NCBI GenBank assembly: GCA_010093605.1 | Contig: MU004199.1 | Location: 868,001-932,000 of the forward strand | Length of the DNA stretch: 64,000 nt | Direction of reading: 5' to 3' | Origin: Lophium mytilinum | Taxonomy: Eukaryota | Shown here: one piece after another, positions 50,392 through 61,837 of the stretch | How positions within the stretch are numbered: position 1 is the stretch's first letter | How the letters are laid out: each line of letters opens with the position of its first letter | Program-made: the position numbers and the translations under genes | Notes under the pieces: generated by a model | What the model was told of the DNA's origin: nothing | What the model saw: only the letters and a program-made list of their open reading frames with translations | The model's database searches: none

Positions 50392-51586
50392 ATGAACAGC
50401 ATCACTATCGATGAGGCTGCTAGCTTACGCAGTGAGCTTGCTGCACTAGAAGAGATACATTCGCAGCTACAGAATGATCGAGAACAAGTGGGAGGCCAGA
50501 AAAAAGAGCTGTGCGATCAACGAACAGAACTTTCTAGGCAGCAAGCGGAGCTTGTGAAGCAACAAGCAGAACTCGCGAAGCAGCAAGCACAATTCGCAAA
50601 GCAGGATCAGGCCCTGGGCGTACGGGAAGTTCAGATTGGCGATAAAGTCGAAGATAACCAAGCAGAGATATTGGTGAGCGATCGTCTCGATCCTTACCTC
50701 CATCTTCTTTGCCTCAAGTAAGCTGTCTAACGTTTGTGTCTGCACGTAATAGGTAATCCGGAAAAAGCTCAGGCAATATCGAGACATCCAACAGATTGAG
50801 CCGAACCCTCCACACCACGGCCCTTCCGAGACCCAGTCAATTCCGACTGTCTCCATTCAGAGAGCCGTTGCTCATATACCAGTGCAGCATTCTCCAATCG
50901 CGTCCGCATCCGACACGATTACCGTTCGGTCCACACCAGTGGCGGGATTCACCCAAAACAATCCCAAAAGACGACCTATCGATCAGTCGAAAGTTGGTAT
51001 CATTGTGATGCAAGGAGGAGGCATCTATCTCCAGCAATACGAGCATGTGGTTCAGATGGATGATGGAAGATGGGTATCACTGAAATGTCACCTCTGCGGT
51101 ATCAACGTGAACATTTCGACTGGTGGATATATGAAGGGACTACGAGGATTCAGATTACATCTCGAAAAAGCCCACGATATATCCCAGGACAGCCTTGCCC
51201 AGGCGCTAGTTCAGTGCTGTGATAGGGAACTCACTCAAACTCAGGTCGACGCTCTCCGATTGAGACTGCCTGGAGCTCCCAGAATGACCAAGTTCGGAAA
51301 AAAGAAAGATGAGGAAGGGAGAAACCTTATCGCCATAGTAAGCAGTCTGCGACTCACTTCTCAAACTGGTGAGATCGACGAACCGGCTATTGAGCAGACC
51401 GAGATCCATACTTCCAGTCCCGGACTCGTCAGCGTCGAGCGCGTAAAACGAAAGAGAGATTCAAATGAGTCGTCTGGTTGCACTACGAACATTGCAACAG
51501 ACGAAATCGTCGGTGAGGATGGTCGGAGCACCGTTCTCCAAGGTGGACACACGGACAAGAGAGCTCGCAATAACGAACTTACGTAA
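50392..51586 (+). CDS. Coiled-coil plus atypical C2H2-like zinc finger protein (further 3' exons to about 52090 likely)
   Basis: Exon 50392-50673 (heptad-rich), intron 50674-50752, exon 2 in frame with ORF 50882-51586: WVSLKCHLCGINVNISTGGYMKGLRGFRLHLEKAH and basic KRKR. A GTAAGT donor at 51583 suggests more exons. Confidence 0.75.
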
Positions 51587-52521
51587 GTCAAAACATATAC
51601 GATTGCAACTCGCTCTCCGATATCGCAAGTTTTCTACAAAATAGTCAGACGCTGATTAGCAATACAATAGACGCAGCTCACTTGGACTACGTCCGAATCC
51701 ACCCGCTACGCAAAAGGCCCTCGCTGAGTCCCACCATGACGATAACATGGGTGATACTCTGACCCAACTGGAAGAGGTGTGCCCATGCAACCTCTCAAAT
51801 CATCGTTGTTCCATGCTAAGAGGCTGTCGTATGATTAAGATCTGTACCGTAAGTACTTTGTCCTTCAAAGAAGACGATATCGGATTATCGAGCTGACATG
51901 TTGTCTCCTCATAGGAAAAGAAAGGTGATCATGACGAAACTTGCCAGCAGGACGCTCACAACATAAAGCCATCTTGCAGTACCATCAAAAGCCATAGGAA
52001 GTGTCAAGTAAAAGACTGTCAATATGGTCATGATAGGCGTCGCGCTCGGGAGAGACTCTACCATTACCCGAACGAGTGTTCTAACCATTAGGCCAGATCC
52101 GTGGAGGTTCCATATGCACTGGGAGCTATCATGGGAATTGGGGAGAGAGGCTAGGGAACACTTCAGAGGCTTTCCTGCCATGTGCGTACAAATTCGCCCA
52201 AAATTGTGGTTATGACCGGCTACCACGTGATAGATAGTGTATGTTACAATAACTACTACGTTTTAGTCGCATAACCTTTGGCAATGGAATGATTGATTCC
52301 CACTTCACTCCTTTCATCTCACCCATTGTTAAGCGAGGAACATCCACTTCACCCCCCTCAGTTCACCCTAACTTCAAGCGAGGAACAAGCACGTGCGTCC
52401 GCCCCACCTTCTTGCTTACTAACCACTCTCTTATATTCTGCAGCTTCCTGAACCTAGCTGTTGCCCACCTCCCTCACTCACTGTGCATCGTCTCATTGCG
52501 CTCAACATAGAGGCCGACGCT

Positions 52522-53393
52522 ATGGAAGAGGCGAAACATCTTCAAGGCCAGCTCGACGCCTTGGAAGTCAAACACTCACAGCTCTTGAAAGATGAGCAAG
52601 ACCTCGAAGTCCGCCAGAAGGAAAACGCGTACGAACGCGCGCGTGTGGAGCTGAAGCAATCCGTGAGTTACTCCTCACCTCTGACCTTGGGACACTGATC
52701 TTAATGACTTCGTGTCTTTAGAAACTACGGAAACAGTTGCGCGAGCTCCAGCATAGGCAGACTACGAACAGTTCCTCGAAGCCAACGCCGCTGGAGATGC
52801 CAGCCTCTGAGGAACCCCAGACCACGGACCGAGCACCGATGGAACCCGTACAACCGATCCACCAGCCAGCCGCTACCGCGTACGAATGGCCATCGGGTCC
52901 GATGAACGAGCCGCAACAAACGTTCCTCCTTGAGCGCGTCAACATGACAAAGAAGAAGAAGGACTCTTACGCCTTTTGGGATCCTGTAGATCCTGTGCTT
53001 CTTGGCATCCCCACTTATCCGATCATAGTGAGGACTCCGATGTGCCTCAACGAAATGATGGAAAAGCTGGCCCGTGGAGAATACCGCTCCGTCATTGATT
53101 TCATGAAGGATCTGGATCTCGTCGTCGACAACAGCATACTCTTCAATAGCTTGACTCACCCTATCGCGCAGCAAGGTCTAAACATGAGAGCCTTCTTCTT
53201 GAAGGGCATGTTGGCAATGCCGGGGGTACGGTCAAAGACAGCCCGCAAGCCACGCGAGATGCCTGGAGGCCCACAGAATCCCATCAACCTTGAGGAATAC
53301 TCTCCGAAGAACACTCCGGTTGACCACTCGGCAAATTATGAGTCGGATAGCTCTTACGAGGACGATGAAGTCTTGAAGGGTACCTGGTCATGA
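52522..53393 (+). CDS. Small coiled-coil plus single bromodomain protein
   Basis: Exon 52522-52662, intron 52663-52721, exon 52722-53393. Bromodomain AFWDPVDPVLLGIPTYPIIVRTPMCLNEMMEKLARGEYRSVIDFMKDLDLVVDNSILFN. Confidence 0.85.
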
Positions 53394-54199
53394 CGGCTAT
53401 CTAGCGGTAATCGGAAAACCTATCTAACAAGCCAATAGTTGAGACTCCTGATAGTTCTAGCACGAAGCGCAAGCAACTGCCAGTCACTCCTTCTCGTCTT
53501 TCCCAAACAAACCAGCGCTCCGCAACGAAGCGACGGTCAAACGCAACCACAGTGCCTATACTGGTCACATATTGCCCATGTACCGTGTCTGGACATAAGT
53601 GCGGCATGTATGGACTGTGCGACAGGATAAATCTCTGTGTCGTTAGTATCCAGCAGAACTACCCACTAATCCTGTTTTTTGAGCTAATTCGTCTCGTGGG
53701 AATAGCAAAACACCCACGACAAATACTGCCAGAACAGCACGAGCCATGAATTCCTCCCAAGCTGCCTGACGAACATTTATGCAGCTAATGGCTGCAAGAT
53801 TGAGGGGGACAGTGGCTGTGGGCTGGGTCACGACAACGCTGCTGAGCGCAAACAGATCCACGACGAGCACCTATGCGGTTCTCATTAGCTGGTAAGGGCG
53901 GATATGGGCGATAATAGTCGGACGATGAGGGGCGGTGGGGCATTTTGTAGGCTCATTGGCACGCTATGCGTGCAGTCTTTGCGTGAAATGAAAGTCACTC
54001 TTTGTTCATTACTTGACTATGCGTGCTATCAAGTGTTGCAACTTGTGCAACTTCAAGTAATCAAAGTTGAGGCACCACTATTAATGTAGTATCGAGACTC
54101 TCGCTTTTTATGTTACATTATTGACCTACGCTTCTGTGACTAAGAGTACTTCTTCAACAGAATTTAGTGGCCCTACCCTGAGGCTATTGTTCTCGCATT

Positions 54200-55215
54200 A
54201 CTGGCTACAGTACCAGGCCATAAGTCGGGGAACGCGGATTGATTACCGTTCAGCTCCCATTTGCTCACTTGACACCACTGTGAGGAGTAGCCCAGCCAGC
54301 TGATAGGCTGTGAGTTAAATAGCACTCTGATTTGTACTGCCTGGAACTTGACATCGCAGCTGGAGGTTTATAACCTTATGGGGAAACCCTAAACAGTGGC
54401 GAAGCAGTGTACCGAGCCCTCTGGCCTGTAACTGTGATCCGGCGCTACAGTACTATGCCATAAGTCTAGGCACACAAAATTAAAGATCGTTCAGCTCCAC
54501 TTTGATCCCTCGATACCACTGTAAGGGGTAGCCTGGCTGTTCGATAGCTAGGCAGTCAAGAGGCAGTGTGATTTATACTGCCTAGAACATTACATTACGG
54601 CCAGAGGTTTATAACCTTATTGGGGTACCCCAAACAGTAGCAAAGCAGTGTACCCCGACTTCTTACCCGTAACTGTGATCCGGCGTTACAGTACTATACT
54701 ATAAGTCTAGGCACACGAACTGAATACCGATCAACTCCAATATGCTTACTTGAAACCACCCACAGGAGTGGCCCAGCCAGCCCATAGGCGGTAAGTTACG
54801 TAGTAGTCTGATTTGCACTGCTTAAACTTTGACATTAATAGAACTAGGCTATAAGTCCGGGCATATGATAATATCTATGCTTTGCTCTAACTTTTCTCTC
54901 TCGGCACCACGGCTAGGGTTACCCTGGTTGCTAAACAGCCATTTAGTTAAGAGATAGTCTAATATGTACTGCCTGGAATTCGATATAGCCCATAGGACAT
55001 TGAAATCCTGTGGGGGTACCCCAAGCAGCGTCAACAAGCGGTAAATTTAAGGTCATTATTTCTGCGGTACAAGACTACAAGCCTACGCACACAAATTCAT
55101 CACTGCTTGCCTCGAATTTTGCTCATTCACTACCACTGCAGGGGATGGCCCAGCTGCTGAATGGCCAGTCAGTCAAGAGGTAGTCTGATTCGCACTGCCC
55201 GGAACTCGACATGGC
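54200..55215. repeat. Degenerate tandem array, about 5 units with ~240-bp period (unit 3 truncated)
   Basis: YTACAGTAC...ATAAGTCT/CRGGCACAC recurs at about 54205, 54445, 54686, 54845 and 55070. CACCACTGT, CCCAGC, AGTCTGATTT..ACTGCC.GGAAC and TTTATAACCTTAT.GGG recur in order. Confidence 0.85.
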
Positions 55216-55455
55216 GGCTTGCTGCGTTGTCTTACAGCCTCCGATGCCGCCTATCAGTGCGCGTGGCATGCGCTGGTCCTTCCCCTTCCCCTTCCATCCT
55301 TCACTTCACCGCTAAAAACGCCCGCATCGTTACCCATAAATTCAGTTCTGAATACTCCTCTTGAAACCACAAATTTTACCCTCAAAGAAAGGGTGACCGA
55401 GTACAACCAACTTCCAACAACCTAAACAATCTCACGAGCTTTCTGGTCCCCAAAA

Positions 55456-55608
55456 TGCCGGTTCCGGGCGAAAATCAATACGAGCCGCCGGCGGTTTTCC
55501 ACTACAGGTGCTGCGAGTGCGCTACCTGGTTGATTGGGAAGATAGGTGTGCGAGCTCCATGCCGGTGTGGACATGTACGGTGCAGGTACTGTCATGCTGG
55601 GCCTTGAG
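55456..55608 (+). CDS. 50-aa Cys-rich putative zinc-ribbon microprotein
   Basis: AAAATG start. Product MPVPGENQYEPPAVFHYRCCECATWLIGKIGVRAPCRCGHVRCRYCHAGP*. Cys spacing resembles the genes at 19.9 and 24.5 kb. Too short for the ORF track. Confidence 0.6.
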
Positions 55609-55644
55609 ATTTGGGGATAGGGGCGGGGAGGTTGGAATCTATAT

Positions 55645-56085
55645 CGTAGTGGTCAAACTGAAGCATCTCTTGGTTTGATTCGAACCTCGGAAAACTTGAC
55701 ATCACAAAGCTGGAATTATAGAAGGTTGAGTAGTGCTTCAGCCCTCTTTTCGTAGTGGTCAAATGGAAGAGTCTCTTAGCTTCATCTGAGGCCCAGGAAA
55801 CTTGAAATCATAGAATTCCAATGAGATATGTTTAGGTAGTGCTTCGAACTCTTGTCGTAGTCGCTAAGCGAAAGAGTCTCTTGGCGCGATCTGAAGTCTG
55901 GGAAACTTGACGTCATAAAAGTATATTGAGAGAAGGTCAGGTAGTGCTTCGAGCTCTTTTTTGTAATCGTCAAATTGAAGAACCGCTTAGTCTAATCTGA
56001 AGCGTGGAAAACTTGACATCACAGGATTGCAAATACAGAAGGTCAGGTAGTGCCTCGAACTTTTGTCGTATTGGTCAAACCGACA
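55645..56085. repeat. Degenerate tandem array, about 4.2 units of 105-106 bp
   Basis: CGTAGTGGTCAAA...CTCTTRG...ATCTGA...GGAAACTTGACATCA...AGAAGGTYAGGTAGTGCTTCGA recurs at about 55645, 55751, 55856, 55962 and 56067. Confidence 0.9.
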
Positions 56086-56162
56086 AATCCATACTCTTGA
56101 TTCCGAGCGCAATTCTCCAGACAACTTAAAACCCCCAATCTACACCGCCGACGCGAACATCT

Positions 56163-56896
56163 CTACTCCCGCCTCTCAACCCAGGCCCCCTCCGCATTTC
56201 GAATTCTCTTAGTAACGCGCCTCGGACGGCCCCCAGCCAGTCCCACCGGCTCCTCCACGCCTCGTTTGCGCTTTGCCGGCTGTACAACGAACGGAACTAC
56301 TCAAAATCAGCACCCGAATTCCAAGAGCCTTCAAATCACCTACCTCCATGCTTCTTGCTGCCCCGCCTCACAATCGCCCTCATCTCCCCCGGCGTAATCT
56401 TCCTATGCTCACACGCCTCCAAAGTCTCCGCCAAACTATACGCGATCCTGTGAGCGCCGCGGCGGTGCTGCGCAAACCCGCCCACCCCCTTGAGGAACTG
56501 CGTCGTGCCCTTCAGATTGGCGTAGGCGTTGGCGCCGCAGGCATCGCACCTCAGCTCCACGAAGTCATCCCCGACCCGCACGATGGTGGGCAGCCAGGCC
56601 GGGACGGAGGGCAGATTCGCGGGCTCGGGATTTGGGGTCTCGGTGACGGTGTCTGGCAGCTGGTCGGCGGCAGCGGGCTCGGATTCGGGCGGTGGGGGCG
56701 CTGCGATTGGGACGTTGTCGAGCTTGGCGAGGGCCTCCGAGAGGGTCTGACGGTCCTTCACGAGGCGCGCGATTTGGGCGTCGAGGTTGGCGATGTGGGC
56801 GCGGATCTCGGTCTTGGCGGCGTCGAGTTCGGCCTGGGTGGGGAGGGTGCTGGTGGCGGTCTCAGCGAGCGAGGGGATGGTCTGGTTGGCGGACAT
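56163..56896 (-). CDS. Coiled-coil plus atypical C2H2-like zinc finger protein, paralog of the 50392 gene
   Basis: MSANQ..., coiled coil AELDAAKTEIRAHIANLDAQIARLVKDRQTLSEALAKL, then FVELRCDACGANAYANLKGTTQFLKGVGGFAQHRRGAH. A probable intron at about 56344-56297 gives a last exon with PAKRKR and a stop at 56163; unspliced, it stops at 56336. Confidence 0.75.
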
Positions 56897-57567
56897 AGTG
56901 GCCCAGATTGTGTGAGAAGAGAGAAGATTTGAAGGTTGTGGCGATGGCGATGATGAAATTTGTGGAAAAAGCTGCGAAGCTGTGCGGTGGTGATGTCGAT
57001 AATGAGAAAGCTGAAGTGCTGGAGAGGAGGGAATTGAGATGTTTATATACGCTGGCGATTCGAATTTGGGTGCTGTATAGAACAATACACTTATTGAGAC
57101 AATAGTGGGAGAGGTGAAGCTGCAACAAGGGACTGAATAGCTATTGTTCGGGGAGCGGTGAAAATCGTGGGAACTATGGAACAGTGAAAGATCACATGTC
57201 AATGCACGCGCAGTTATCCTTCAATTGGCGTAAAAACATTCGTGATTTTGGCAACCATTATAGGAGTTGAGGGCGCCATTTAGCCTTGCGAAGATTAAAG
57301 CTGCAGATGTAGAGGAACTCAAGCGCGATATGGGACCTTTGGAACCTACGTTTTGACTGCTACTTGACAATGCTTATGGGTTCAAATTGCGCGCATGCAG
57401 TGATCAACTTGACAAGCGCAACAGAGCCTCGAAGGGCCACCGGGCCTTACGGGAAATGACATAGAAGATGTAAAGCTTGCCAGTCTCAATATTGGACGTC
57501 GGAATATCACTGCATGACTTTGATGGGAAAAGTACGAGGCAACTCCAACAATGCTAAATAAAACATA

Positions 57568-58909
57568 CTACATCTTGAACCAAGGGTGCTCTAGAACGGT
57601 TGCTGTGGAAATCCTTTCCCTGGGATCATATTTCAGCATCTGCCCGAGAAGGTCTGCTAGTACTCTACCCTCATCTCGGGGAATCGTATGGCTTTTTGTG
57701 ATGACACCGTTAAGATCATGAGTGACTCCTTCCTCCACATATTCTTCAATCGTTCTTGCACCCGACACAGACATATGCCCTGACTCGGTCATGTACGGGT
57801 CTCCATTGTCATCGAAGTAATTCTTACGCGTCTCCCAAGAAGACCACCACGGCTCAGGGAACTTTCCCAGCAATACAACCATTTGCCATTTAGGGTCCTC
57901 TCCGTCCCCTTCCCAGTCACGGAAAAGCCGTCTTGTGGTCCGGATCTCGGAAAGGGTACAAGCGAGAGCCCAAAGATCACTCGCTTGGCTGACTATGCTG
58001 CCAATCAAGAGCTCAGGCGCGCAATAGGCAGTCGGGGTCCCAAGCTCCTTCGGAGGATTAGATGTTTCGAACGATTCACCGAAGTCGACTACCGCTATCT
58101 GGTCTTTGAAGTATTTGCGATCCACGTTGCGGTCCCAGGCTATTGGTGCCACGACGTATTTTGGAGCGGCTGGTTCGGGCTCTTCACCCGATTTGGTATA
58201 CACTTCAAAGGACTCGGGCTTTCCCAGTGCGTGGATTAGCTCTTCCTCGTTAAGATGGTCCAGAGAGGAAATTTGGAGCAAGATGTTTGCAGGCCGAAAA
58301 TCTGGAATCCAAGTCAGTCAAATTTACTAGATATTAAAAAGAAGATACTGGGCACGAACCACCGTGGCCTAGACCATTGCTATGTAAGGCATGGAGTCCT
58401 TTAGTGGCGTGTAGTGCGATGTTCCTCAGGGACCTTTCGGGACTTTCAAACAGGTCCCAAGCCTGGTCAACCCGGGGGCCAAAGACAGGAAGAACCAGAC
58501 AAAGATGCCGTCCATTCGGCCCATCAACCCAAAATTGATGCTGCGGCAACCCGAGCCCGTCGCATCCTTCTAATTTGGTCATTTTCAAATCGGCGCAGTC
58601 TTCGCGAGATTGATCGGCCGCGATGATCTTTACAGCCACGTACTTTTCCATTTCACGATCTCGACAAAGCCATACGGTCGCCAATCCCCCGGCTCCAAGT
58701 TTGTGAACAACTCGGTACCGGCCTTCAAGCTCGTCCCCAAGAAATACTGGGTGGAAACCACCTTCGCAGTAGTCTTCTAGGTCTTCGATCCCATCGATAA
58801 AACATGACTGATATCGTCTTCCTTCCAAGGGACCATCGACGGAATTGTCGGCGCCTTCTAGAGACTCCAAGTCGTCGGGACTAGGCGATATCGAGGAATG
58901 GGTTCCCAT
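57568..58909 (-). CDS. SRPK-like (CMGC) protein kinase of the expanded fungal type
   Basis: EDYCEGGFHPVFLGD, VHKLGAGGLATVWL, VAVKI, HG|DFRPANIL across one intron, DFGES, YCAPE, SDLWALAC and LKYDPRERI...HPWF. Confidence 0.92.
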
Positions 58910-59661
58910 CTCGTCCGCTAGAAAACTTTACGATGCGAATTGAAGAAAGAGCCGCGTAGAATCCTACTAACGTCGTCTGACAGGCTTTTTCGCCCAAGAT
59001 ACTCATGTGCAATCTGAAGAAAAGGCTTATACGTCCTACGCAGAATGTGAAGAGATATCTGTTGGCGATGGACAGAAACAGTGCTGCTATGTCAGGAAAA
59101 GTAGACCTCATGAAGTTGAGAACAGCCGAGGCAACGCAACTATGCGCCTCATGAGAGAGCTTCCGTATATGACAGACGGAAAAGAGGCCTGGCATAAATG
59201 CTTTGCGCATATGTTGCAACTTGGCAGCAAAGACTGGAGCCGCTGAGGTTGATTTAGCCTACAACAATAGCACCGCGCTAACACGATCAGTTCTAGCGCC
59301 ATCTCAATCTCGACCCCTACGAACCGCCTCTTATTTTAGGGACAGCACAAAGGGATTGGAGAACTATTTTGATGACCTTGATAAGAGTGGGAGGTGATGT
59401 TGGGCCTTCAAGGAAATCGGATTGGAGTTATAAGAGGTGGTAAGCACGAAATTCCACTCGAAGGGGTTTGCACTCCAAATATTAGAGCCTTTCGTATCAA
59501 TTATACTACAATAATTGAGTAGGCTACAGAGACTTGGACGTCTTCGTGTAATCGAACCATGTCCGTAGACACCTTGAACAGTTCACCTACTAATGAATTA
59601 CGCGGCGCGGCGTGTCTCCCTTGGAGACTTCACCACGTAGTCTCGTAGTATCACTACTTAA

Positions 59662-59740
59662 GCACGGGATTTAGTATTACTCGCTCGACACCGGTTCGAG
59701 GAGCGTTCCAGGTATTGATCATCCGATTGAGCTAACGGGA
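59662..59740 (+). repeat. Short divergent copy of the dispersed ~240-bp family
   Basis: CGGGATTTAGTATTACTCGCTCGACACCGGTTCGAGGAGCGTTCCAG versus CGGGATCCAGTCTTGCTCGCTCGACACCGCTGTGAGAAGTCGTCCAG at about 5905-5951. Confidence 0.55.
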
Positions 59741-60758
59741 TATCTGATCTCAATTGCGATAGCCATCGTCTCCTTAATTCTCAGAGCCCACAGAGTTGCC
59801 TCCAGCAGCGATAGAGAAATATAGCCCACCTAGCTCGCTGTCGTATAAGATGATTTAGCCTAAACAGCACATTGGTATTACTTTTAGAGGAGTATAATAT
59901 CCAATCAGGTGCCTCATGGGCACTTGACGAATTTTTATTTATAATCTAGCTGAGTTGGGCCACTGTGTACACTGGTCTATCAACTGTCCGAGGTACCCCA
60001 ATGAACTCTCCTTATCTCAAGTCCGACAAAAGCCTTTTATTCTGAACACTGGATCAGCCTACCAAGCTACCTCAGACGGCGCTGTCTTACAGAGAAGAGC
60101 TATGATCAGACTAGTGCTCATTGCAGAAATGTTCTGACGAGATCAACCGTCTATCAGCGATGCTATCATGTCCCTGTCCACAGATACCACCAAGCTCTTG
60201 AGCGTAACACTCATTCTGTTCGAGGAAGCTAACGCAAGACGGGAGGAAGTCGTGCTTTTCCGAAGCGGGGCACTCTACGTCGTGAATGGATCGCTGCCAG
60301 GAAACACAGATGAGCGAAGGCACTCATTCAATTATATGCATTTTGGAACACTTACCAGGCAAAGCTTTGGCTGGCTGCATCCTCCGTACATGCCACACAA
60401 GTGGCCTGTCATATTGCAAGGGCAGAAATCGCCGAGTTTCAACAGCGGCGTCGAGGGACTGGATGCATTGTCGATCGGAGTGTTCGGCGGGAGCTTTGTA
60501 GGCTTAGGGGACCTAAAAGACCAAAGTTGTTAGTATGTATTCGTTGAAGTACGTAACATAGTACTAGGCTAAAATCTAGCCGCACTATCTGCTATAGCTT
60601 TAATGCTTTCGAAAGATGAGCACCACTACAAGGAGTATTTCGTTACAAATAAATCTGCCAGTCCGGAGGCAGCTCTGGTTACCCTGCCAAAACCTTGATA
60701 TCGTGCCTAGATCTGGTGAAAGCTAATGGGGATGCCTCAAGCAGTGAATAACGAGTGA

Positions 60759-61130
60759 TCACAGACTTATAGTCCGTCTGTAGCTGATATTTAGCTGTTG
60801 TGGCTTTACATACTCTTCATGGAGGCCGACTCTTTCAGCTAGGCGTGGTTTCAACATAATACATTGAATGGCGCAAGGCATTGAGCTTACACTTTTCTGG
60901 CGATCGAGCTCGTCCGTCTCGTCGATTAGCTTCTTCTCCTTAGCAACAAACTCGGTCTGCAATATCTGGATCTGCTGCAGGGGGACGAAGTCTAGGCCGA
61001 ACTCGTCCAGTAGGTCCTTTTGCGCCTTAACAAACGCCTCTTGTAGATTCTTTTGAGCTGTAGCCTTTTCCTGCATCGCCCGATCTAGGCGATCAAGCTC
61101 GCCGCGGAGGACATCTGCGTTTTGCGACAT
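60759..61130 (-). CDS. Small coiled-coil hypothetical protein (3' structure uncertain, possibly truncated)
   Basis: MSQNADVLRGELDRLDRAMQEK... heptad pattern. GTAAGC donor after RQKS at about 60890. Downstream exons not resolved. Confidence 0.5.
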   Translation of the reverse strand: MSQNADVLRGELDRLDRAMQEKATAQKNLQEAFVKAQKDLLDEFGLDFVPLQQIQILQTEFVAKEKKLIDETDELDRQKSVSSMPCAIQCIMLKPRLAERVGLHEEYVKPQQLNISYRRTISL

Positions 61131-61837
61131 GGTTCAAGACTATGAACGGCAAGAAGTGCCGGAGGCAAAGATGGAGTGACTGGGTAGTAAGCAACGCGCG
61201 AATAAGAATCGCGGCTTGCGGGGCGCTAAGATATTCTAAGCGAGGCACGTGCCAGATATGTATGCTATGGAAATGGTATGACCGGAGTTCTCCAGGGAAA
61301 TACGCAAGACAGGTTCGCACTAGGGCACAAGATAAAACTCTAGAGCGTTGAACTAAAGCTAGGATTGTCTAGCACATTTGAAAGTCTAAAAACTTAGCGC
61401 GGATTGGTAGCCACCGAGCGTAGCACCTCCTTGGTAGTATAAGAGTTCACACGGGAAGACAATTCTGTTCTGGACTGAACTTTACCGGCTCGAGCTTAAT
61501 CTACTATGAGCACAGTACTACAAGGCGTTATTTGCACAAAAACAGCCTTGTTCAGCGACTACTTTGTAGCTTGCATTGCGCCACAAGTCACCGGACGCGC
61601 GAATATCCGTAACCGACCAAGATCTGCCAGCCTTCTCTACTATTCGACGTATCGCGAGCCTCGTATGCAGCCGACAGCTCGGAAGGGACCTTGGCATTAT
61701 TGTCTTGCTATCTTTAAATCCCCACGTTTCCCAAGCCCCCAAGTCCTCTCTTTTTCAGCCTTGTCGCCATTTGCAAAACGTCCTTTTCCCTGAGGAGCGC
61801 CCCATGCGGTAGAGACGTTTATCAGCTCTCTAATGCC

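Noticed and set aside
52301..52388. 44-bp direct duplication (CACTTCAC...AAGCGAGGAACA) upstream of the bromodomain gene
   Set aside because: Only two degenerate copies; most likely a local slippage duplication.
54200..56085. CRISPR-like interpretation of the repeat arrays
   Set aside because: Eukaryotic context and no cas genes. The units are homologous along their length rather than identical repeats with unique spacers.
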